DNA of 55,013 nucleotides, the filler included, from Sphacelaria rigidula (lineage: Eukaryota), in NCBI GenBank assembly GCA_964200075.2. It is 5 parts of 5 records of this genome, joined end to end, with 100 filler letters (N's around TTAATTAATTAA, not from the genome) between each part and the next. Parts side by side here need not be neighbours in the genome. Positions count along the whole stretch, not along the records: positions 44,092 to 55,013 come from CAXNAA020005674.1; 4 more parts are not named here. One strand, 5' to 3'. Numbering within the stretch: the first letter of the stretch is position 1; each line of letters begins with the position of its first letter. The notes under the pieces are model-generated. The model did no database searches, was not told the origin of the DNA, and was given only the letters and a program-made list of their open reading frames with translations. The position numbers and the translations under genes were made by a program. Of this stretch, positions 47,401-55,013 are shown piece by piece.

Positions 47401-50400
47401 GTTTTCAATGCCACTGTACTTTGTATAATTCCTGTTGCTCGTATTGTGCAAACGTTTGGGGCTGAAGCAGAGAAAATGCGATCGATGTGAGGATTTGTGG
47501 CATGGAATATGACCACTTCGTGTCAGGGCACAACAAGATGATGATATCTGCCGTGTTGCTACACTTGCCGGAGTCATCAATCACCCATTTTTAGCCACTC
47601 CATTACGCACTGATGCAGCCGCCCATGTTCCTGGGCTAGTGATGTGGTAACGCCATGACGTCATCCTGAAATTGGTGTGAATACTAATGCGAAATATTTG
47701 TTGCGCTGGTGCAAGTGATCGATTCATGAACGGAAATTATTTAGTAATTGTGAAAGTAGCGCAGTTTGGCGTCGAAGGTTCAGTCCTATTGTGCGTGGTA
47801 CTGCAGCGGTCAATTCTTGCGTGGTAGCTAGCTACGTGAGTAACACCCAGATTAAGAGGTACGTCAGATGTAGCGAACACGATAAGCGCACCGGATGGAA
47901 AAAGAGGCGAAGACCATAAGAACATGTTGCTTGTCACCACAGGTCACGATCTACTATGCTACTGTACACCGTCCGCGGTGCCTTTTGGGCCGTTGATTGT
48001 GTAGCTTACACGTACTTTAAAAATAGAATCATAGCCTTTGTAATATAGTTGTTGTGCGTTACGCAACAAATTTACGACGAAAGTAGCCATTAACCGACGG
48101 TGGAATGTGAGAACGTATGACCGGTTCGCGCGGCATCAGGGGCGTGCACGAAAATATTCGGTTCACAGGAAGCGTCTACGTGTCATACTGTATACTGTAC
48201 CATGAGTGGAGAGGTGAATGTTTGACCGCATAACCAAGATACCCCTACCAACAAACTTAATACTTTTTCAGTAAAATCTGACGTGGGGGCGCCGTTTCTG
48301 TCTAGAATGTGGCTTGCCGCGATTGCACGACCCATATTGTCACCTGCTACACCGGTGCGTGCGTGTGTGCATTTATTTTGTGATCATTTTGCGCGCATTT
48401 CCAAGACTTTTATGATATTCGGGCCACTTTCCGGATCGGTTCACGTGTCTTTTGAAGTGTTTCAGTATATGGCATGATCTGGGCGCGCATGCTATTGTTA
48501 GTTGGTACTCCTTCTTCTCTGACGACTCAGCTCTTACGCAGCGCGTCGACGTGCCCATGTGTGAACTCCGTACAACTTCCGGTCATACTAAAGAGTAATT
48601 GCCTGAGCCAGTCGAGTCGATACTCATCACGATCCGCGCACCCGTTGATATACGTACGTGCCGCTCGCCACCCCTGTTATTCCTTGTTGGAAGACTCGGG
48701 TAAGGGCTGCAAGAGCCGCGGATACGATGAATTCGAGCCTGACTCATGGCCAAGTGTTTGCGCCCCAAACAAGGAGGATTGGATCGCGGTAGACAGCCAC
48801 GAGTGTCAGCAACCAGATAGGACATGGGGCAACCTGTTCTGGGCGTGCACGGACATCACCCTGGTGGCAGGTGGGAATCAATTTGCTGGGGGAAAGTGAT
48901 AATTGCGACATATTGTGCGTTCACTTGAACGTGTCGGAAATGCAGATACGATACGAAGCCTTCGCAGTATACTCGTACTCATGATTGATACGAGCTGGGC
49001 CAGCAGTAAATCACGCATTCACATTTTACAACACAACTCATCATGTTTACCAAAGCAGTCCGACTTGAGCATATCCCCTGTGAACTGCAGACCAATCTGA
49101 TAACGCACGGTACCGCCGTTGAACGAAGAAGAACAAATAAAAAATATGCAGTGCACAGTACATGGCCTTGATGACGAAGCGAAAAAATATACACCGTGTC
49201 AGGATTCGAAGTCGTGACTCCATGACTGAAGTCTCCCGTATAAGTTTGGTCGAAACTCAAAAACGATATACAGTTTTTCTCGTCCCAACATTGAAGTCAG
49301 TCAGAGAAGATGTACTCGTTCTAAAACAAAGTAGTTGGGAGCTAGCACATTTCAAGTCGTCGTCGTACAAAAGCGCAAACCTTCACAACGTTTCTGGGAA
49401 AGAGACCTTGAACCTTCGCACCAATCTGCTATGCAACTTTTAAAGGTCAAGATGTTTTTTGTTCACTCGATTTTCATCTTGACCTTTTGACCGTTTTTGG
49501 GGGGTCCGACGGGATCCAAGTGCCCCCGGAAACCCTGGGACCCCCAGAAAAAGGTAAGGTGGTCAAGAAATTGAAGAAAAGACTCGATCTCTGAAAGTGC
49601 CTCAACGACCCATAGCATATTTGTGCAAAATTCCATGCTCTAAGTTATTCTCGAGACAGCGTGAAGTTTTGTGGATGAGTGTTCGGAGATGATGAGCGTG
49701 AACGAGCTTGCCTCTGTACACCTTGTGAGACGGCACAAGATCCTCCAATGAGGCAACGTCGCCGTGTATTGGATATTGACGTAGATCACGTGCAGCGACT
49801 GTTTATCACAGTAGGATATTGTTGTCAAGTGGCTAGGCCATATAGCGTGCACTTGATCAATTGTGAGAACTGGAAAGACTAGTAGTAAGCTGTCAGCAGA
49901 ATATATATCTTGAAGCAAATGACCCCAGGGTTAAATGACCACGCGTTCCGGTGACGTAGGGTTGATCTGGTGGGAAGAGTAGTCACAGGGTGGGTTCGAC
50001 GAACTCGATCGTCCACTGTTGTCAGCCTCGTACGGTCCACATCAGCTCTCCGCTCTCCGGGTGATCTACATGAGTAATGCTACTGCACGGGTGAACTTTT
50101 CTGCCCAAACGTTTTCTGAGGCTGCACACTAAGGCCCAGATATTTATCATTGAGAGGCTCCTACGACAAAGAGCATTGTAGCCTTGCTTCGGCCAAAAAT
50201 GTGCTCGTGAAAATCGTCTGAATTCCTTTTCCGCTGCACGATTCCAGCGAGCTCCACAGCGACTGTGCATCCTCTCCAAATGCTACTACCCACTTGGTAG
50301 CACACGCGGCCATTTATTTGGCTCTCCCCCCCAACCCCTCCACACGACCATTGATCCATCCCTGCGGAGGGGTCAATTTTGTCTGTGGAGGTGTTTGATT

Positions 50401-53400
50401 CCTCCACGGGGTCAAGTTTGACCCCTCCAGAGGGATTAAACACCGCTAGAGCAACAGTGACCTTTGGTGGGATTTCATGTTGTGTTGGATCCTCCAAAGT
50501 GCACACAACCCTTGCAGGGAGGCTCCATCTCCCTCCCTCTAGAGTGACTTCGTGTGGGCTATTCCTCTAGTGGTGTTTATTCCTTGAGGAGGAGGATACT
50601 ATCCACCCTCTAGGTGGAGTAAACACCTCCACGGGCTCTTTCCCGTCTGGAGCGGTAGAATTTCGTGTGGAGGCAGTTTTGGGGGTAGCCAAATCGCCGC
50701 GTGTGAGGGACATGCTGCCGTGAAGGCAAAGTCGCAAACACAGTTTGAAGTTCACCACTTCAGCGCACATAGTGAGTGGGCTGCTGCCTTTTCCCCTCCG
50801 TTGGGGGTTTGGAATCGTTGTTTGTTGCAAACGAAAACTCCGTTCCTCTCAAGTGTTACGAGATGTAGAGATGAGATGGTTTTCATGCCCGTGTTTGATT
50901 CGTTGATTGGTTGTCGCTCATCAACAAATCCCCCGGGAATCCAGCCGTGCCACATCATAGACCTACTCAAGATGAAACAAAACGGAAACGCCCAATGGAT
51001 ACAACGGAAGAAAACAGAAAAGTAGAACAGACCGAGAACTGAGATCTAAAACTGGTCAATATACGGTTGGTTTTATCGCAAGATATTGGACAAATCGTTG
51101 GCTCGACGAAGCAACGTACCACGAAACTGTTCTACCGTATACCTTTGCGATGCAGAGATCTTTTGATGTGACAACACTTTTTACGCAGTGGATATTGACG
51201 TGAAAAACATTTCGGCACTGTTTTTTACGGTAGGATACTGTAACCGATTGACTACGCCACACATCTCGAAGCTTATTTTGTAAGAGCAAACAAGATAAAC
51301 CCGGATCAACAGTTCAGTATCCTGAAACCGATGGCGCAGTCTATGTTGATCACGTAGAATGGACTTTCGTTGTGAAGGGCAATCGCAGCGTGGGTTTCAC
51401 GGTTGCGATTCCCGACCGTCTTCATTCTCACACTCCCCTACTATGGTCATCTGCTTTCTGGAAAGACTGTTATTTTTGCTTTGGCCGAGTAAACACTGGT
51501 GGTGCAACACAGGTGAATACTTTGCTACACCCTCAGAACACCTCCCGCAGGTAGAGACCCTTTAGAGATCCTCTATAGGTCCAGAACCCCCTCCGGCGAC
51601 CCTCTGCACCCCCCCACAAGGTCCCGAACCCCTAGTGGCGACCCTTTGCACACCCTCTACGATATGCAGCCTTGCGGCGAGAGAAAAATGTCCGCCAGTG
51701 AAACACTCGGACTTCTATCGTTTTGTTCAACGATGCAAGTAAACGTCCCAGCATCTGTACATTTATCCTCTACGACGAGTGTGTCGAGTGGGGCAGTATC
51801 ACACCAAATTAGCCATTTTTCAACAAGGAGTACACATGTTTTGCACCCACGACGGGCGCCGAGACTGTCCTCCGCGCTCGCTCGTGGTGTGTACTCTCGG
51901 ATCCACTAGCCACTTATATACCTTACCGTCGTGACCGTGTATACAACGAATATCTGTATACAGTTTGCGCCGACCTCTGAAACGGATATGTTCAGTGCCT
52001 AGCCGCATACAGCTAACCACCGTCACTGCGTTCATGCTTTTGTAAACTTGGTATCGCGCGACATTGGGAGAGAGCAGAAGGGGTAGGTACGGCACAAGCC
52101 TCTCCCACCCTCGCACCAGCACAAGATGCAGGTCCGACACCAACGCCTTCCGCCTTCGCAGCAGCACAAGAGGGGGGTTCGACACCAACCCCTCCCACCC
52201 TTGCACCAGCACAAGATGCAGATCCGACACCAACCCCGTCCGCCTTCGCAGCAGCACAAGAGGGCGGTTCGACACCAACCCCTTCCACCCTCGTATCAGC
52301 ACAAGAGGGGGGTTCGACACCAACCCCTTCCACCCTCGCACCAGCACAGCAGGCAGGTCCGACAACGACCGCTTCCACCTCCGCAGCAGCAGAAGGGGGG
52401 GGTTCGACACCAACGCCTTCCACCTTCACAGCTTTCCCCAATCCGGTTTCCTCGACCAATACAACATCTCCCATCGTCGACGAGCCAGTATACCTTGGAT
52501 GCTTTACCGACAAAAATAATGCGGGGCGCATAATGATACTTGGCTTGAAGGCCCCGGGGAATATGACAACGGCGGTGAGCAGGGGGGCAGGAGGGCTGCT
52601 GACTTATGTGAAACAGGGGTGGTATGCACGATTGTCTGTGAGATTTGTTCTGTGTTGGTAATTGTGCGTGTCGTTGACCATGTAGTGTTACGCACATGGT
52701 ATCCCTGGTACTGCACACCGCCGTGGTTCTTACACAAACGAAGGCCGTGTACCGCTGTTTTTTCTCCCTGTTTGATCCAGACAGGAATGAATCTTGTCAC
52801 TTTCCCAGCATCTCGAAGTACGTTTCCCAACCATCATATCCGCAGACAGTAGTACCGATATTACGTTTGGTTGTCGAAAGCACGATATCAATGAAACTGA
52901 GCGCGTTTCAGCTGAACAACAAAGCAAGCCGAAAGTCGTGAACGACGCTGCGATATGTTGTGCGTCATTGCTGCTTGAGGTATTACCGCAAAAATCCGTT
53001 TGAGATAACATAGTGTTTCATTGCTTTTGGTGTGCCTTTTGATCGCTCTCGTCTGTCGCTACAAAAAACCGACACAGATGTGCGCGCTGGAATGTGAAGG
53101 CTCCCAGCTTTTCGGGACACAGTATGGTTACGAGGTGAGCATACTATATTGTGCTGACTTTAAGTTGAATCTGGACACTGCTTCTGGATCGTTCCAGCCG
53201 CAATGCGGGATAGGAGGCCATAATGGAATGAGGAACCTTTGCCTGGTATGGGGTGATTGACCATGGCATCTCTGACCGTTGCGCTAGCGTGTCGAAGTGT
53301 AAGGTTACTCAGATGTAGGAGCACGTTCACATCTGATACGCAAACGTCGAATGTCTTTCACTGCCCGGGGAGTAATGATACGATGAGCCTGGGGGGGCGG

Positions 53401-53887
53401 GGGGAGAGGTATTTGGGCCACTTTCCCCCCAACATCTAGCTTTATTCATCGCTGAAATCAGTCACGCTTGTTCCAACGCGCTTGTGCCCAGTAAGCCCCA
53501 CTCATTCATACCATCTGACACCGTTTTCACCCAAATACAAACGCACCGCGAGCCGATAGGGTCGACTGACACACCTGTGAGCTCTTGTGTTTCGTCGAAT
53601 CAAACATCCCCGCCGCCCCCCTGTTGTAGCGTGTCGCTCCGGGGCTCTCACGGACAAACATATGTGTACTCGTATGTGTCTTCACAACAGCTATTTGTCT
53701 CGTACCTGACGTGGTACGTCCATTCTTTTTATTCAACGTTGTTCGACACCACGAGCAGTGTTGGTGCGGTGACGAAGAAACGAACCACCTACAGCATGGA
53801 GAGTCCGAGATGTGTGACTACTCGTGTGAAGGAAAAGCTGATGAGGTCTGCGGAGGATATTGGAGCATGAGCGTGTGGGAATATTGA
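44437..53887 (+). CDS. LPMO-like (AA15 / chitin-binding type 3) domain + PTS-rich repeat linker + WSC domain protein, spliced, 5'-partial; exons 44437-44468 (tentative), 44742-44788, 45892-46076, 46473-46589, 46912-47212, 48694-48870, 52078 (or 52087)-52574, 53078-53134, 53759-53887
   Basis: Phase-compatible GT-AG exons give GYERVPAA..YNGGGPDVV..HGICGDTPQ..YTAGSIIDIKVVFTNYHWGHIEFFLCD..TQECFNTYPL..RYQLPDITCERCVLQTRYHSGKGC..GNLFWACTDITL, matching the AA15-type LPMO motif order. A repeat linker follows, then the WSC domain YLGCFTD..MTTAMCALEC..FGTQYGYECWCG..CDYSCEGKADEVCGGYWSMSVWEY and stop TGA at 53885-53887. Confidence 0.82.
45269..45640 (+). mobile_element. tRNA-derived SINE, full-length copy in an LPMO-gene intron
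   Basis: Head ggtcgccccggtggctcagttggtaacc...gtgggttcgg, body matching 3632-3995, acacacaacacacg tail. Confidence 0.8.
45892..46076 (+). CDS. LPMO-like gene exon (HGICGD motif)
   Basis: TAG acceptor, GPDVVKDRT...GVGHGICGDTPQ, GTGAGT donor at 46077. Confidence 0.82.
46473..46589 (+). CDS. LPMO-like gene exon ending in the putative second His-brace histidine (TNYHW)
   Basis: TAG acceptor, 117 nt phase 0-0, SGDDNPIVYSTPNSEWPILTEYTAGSIIDIKVVFTNYHW, GTGCGT donor. Confidence 0.82.
46912..47212 (+). CDS. LPMO-like gene exon (GHIEFFLC...CERCVLQ)
   Basis: CAG acceptor, lies within ORF 46861-47286, GTGAGT donor at 47213. Confidence 0.85.
48694..48870 (+). CDS. LPMO-like gene exon, end of the LPMO domain (LFWACTDI)
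   Basis: AAG acceptor, phase 1-1, HSGKGCKSRGYDEF...GNLFWACTDITLVA, GTGGGA donor at 48871. Confidence 0.8.
52078..52574 (+). CDS. Linker-repeat exon plus start of the WSC domain (YLGCFTD)
   Basis: Open + frame not listed in the ORF track: PTLAPAQDAGPTPTPSAFAAAQEGGS... then VYLGCFTDKNNAGRIM..NMTTA. GTGAGC donor at 52575. The acceptor is at 52078 or 52087 (both phase 1). Confidence 0.78.
52095..52430 (+). repeat. Coding 45-bp (15-aa) tandem repeat, about 7.5 copies
   Basis: GACACCAAC-like anchor recurs at 52136, 52181, 52226, 52271, 52316, 52361 and 52406. Confidence 0.9.
53078..53134 (+). CDS. WSC domain middle exon
   Basis: CAG acceptor, MCALECEGSQLFGTQYGYE, GTGAGC donor. Confidence 0.85.
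53759..53887 (+). CDS. WSC domain terminal exon
   Basis: CAG acceptor, CWCGDEETNHLQHGESEMCDYSCEGKADEVCGGYWSMSVWEY then stop. Confidence 0.85.
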   Translation, partial: CWCGDEETNHLQHGESEMCDYSCEGKADEVCGGYWSMSVWEY

Positions 53888-55013
53888 GCCGATACAGGCG
53901 GTCTGTGGGTAAGAAGCGAGTTGCGTTTCTATCTGCTACAGCGTAGTCTACGCTGTATCCGATTTTTTGTTAGTGCTACGTTTCGCAAGCTCTCATGAAC
54001 GGACCCGACCAGACTCTCCGGAAAACCCGTGAGCCACAGCGCCCGGCGTTTCACCCATTTGATGTGGCACGGACTTGTCTCCTGACGTCTATTCCTTTAT
54101 CTTACGCATGAGTGTTTACCAATGTGCTTCTTTTGTAACTAAATAGTGTTTGACTATTGTAGTAACGGTTTATGTGAAGTAACGGTGTACGACACACTTC
54201 TCCCTGAGCAATGTGCAATCAACTGGTACACGTCGGAATACTTTTTCTTTGCTTTGTCGTGGCATCATTTGTGGGTTCCAAGCCTGTCTGTGGCATGCTT
54301 CCGTACAGCCGGTTGTGCACGAGTGACTGGCCATTTGGAGCTGTAAGTCTGCCCAAGGCCTGGGTATCCTGTTGGCCTAGCTTCATACGGTTAATCCTCG
54401 TACAAGTGACTATTAATTGAGAGCTATAGTAGACTGGTATTGCTTTTAGTTGACCATAGTTCAGGTGACATATAACAGACTAGCCGAGCTGGGTCGAACC
54501 CGTACCTGACCAGCGCCAGGATTAAGCTGCTGTCCTAACGGTATGGCGAAAATCCGAAAATCCCTGGATGCGGGCTGCGGTGACCCAGAACGGAAGGGTT
54601 TCCGAGCGATCGATCGAGGTGTGCATTATTTTTCTTACTGTGAAAGGTATCAGCAATGAAATCTCTACGTCGTATGGCGATCTGGAGTTGGTTCCGGAAT
54701 GGTGACGCGAAACCGTTTGGTACGAAAGGCACTGCCGCCTAGTCGGGCGACCGCCTGACCGGGGCTGCACGGGTGACTACTTCGTACTTTATCTTTATCG
54801 GCATTTTGGAGCGTCCCCAGTTTTTCTTCACAACCACTTGTTTTCCACGTTTCGGTATGAGTGTCGCTTCCGTGCAAGACCGTTTCCCCCGAAGCCATGC
54901 GGCAGAGGCCGACCGATTGGGAGCTTGTTTTTTTGCTCTTTCTATTTTTTTTTTAATCTTTTTTGTCATCTCTTTGTCTACTTTATTTGCTCTTTTATTT
55001 TTTCTGTTTTTCT

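Noticed and set aside
52095-52430. Regularly spaced repeats resembling a CRISPR array
   Set aside because: There are no unique spacers, the period is a multiple of 3, the frame is open into a WSC domain, and the context is eukaryotic.
51820-52531. Minus-strand repetitive ORFs (197 aa and 172 aa) and alternate-frame + ORFs
   Set aside because: These are shadows of the coding tandem repeat; the frame leading into YLGCFTD is the supported one.

Overview
Eukaryotic, intron- and transposon-rich scaffold segment. Long GT-AG introns, a WSC-domain gene, TTAGGG-like repeats and the repeat types suggest a brown alga or related stramenopile (inference). Most ORFs in the supplied track are spurious; the real genes are spliced. 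Three + strand genes were reconstructed by hand with phase-compatible splice sites. (1) An LSm1-like Sm protein with a polyQ/polyG/polyP N-terminal extension; its 3' exons were not found. (2) A divergent non-RD protein kinase at 34215-42666, with a possible extra exon at 29170-29351. (3) A probably secreted modular protein at 44437-53887: an AA15/chitin-binding-type-3 LPMO-like domain, a 15-aa Pro/Thr/Ser/Ala tandem-repeat linker and a C-terminal WSC domain. Its inferred copper site looks atypical, and this gene is the most interesting element. The rest is decayed mobile DNA: Ty1/copia relics, a DIRS/Ngaro tyrosine-recombinase retrotransposon, LINE fragments, five copies of a tRNA-derived SINE, hAT fragments, TA-flanked MITEs, and a ~4-kb long-inverted-repeat element that may carry a Crypton-like fragment. 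Four N-gaps contain an artificial TTAATTAATTAA linker. All family assignments rest on motifs recognised by eye; no database search was run.
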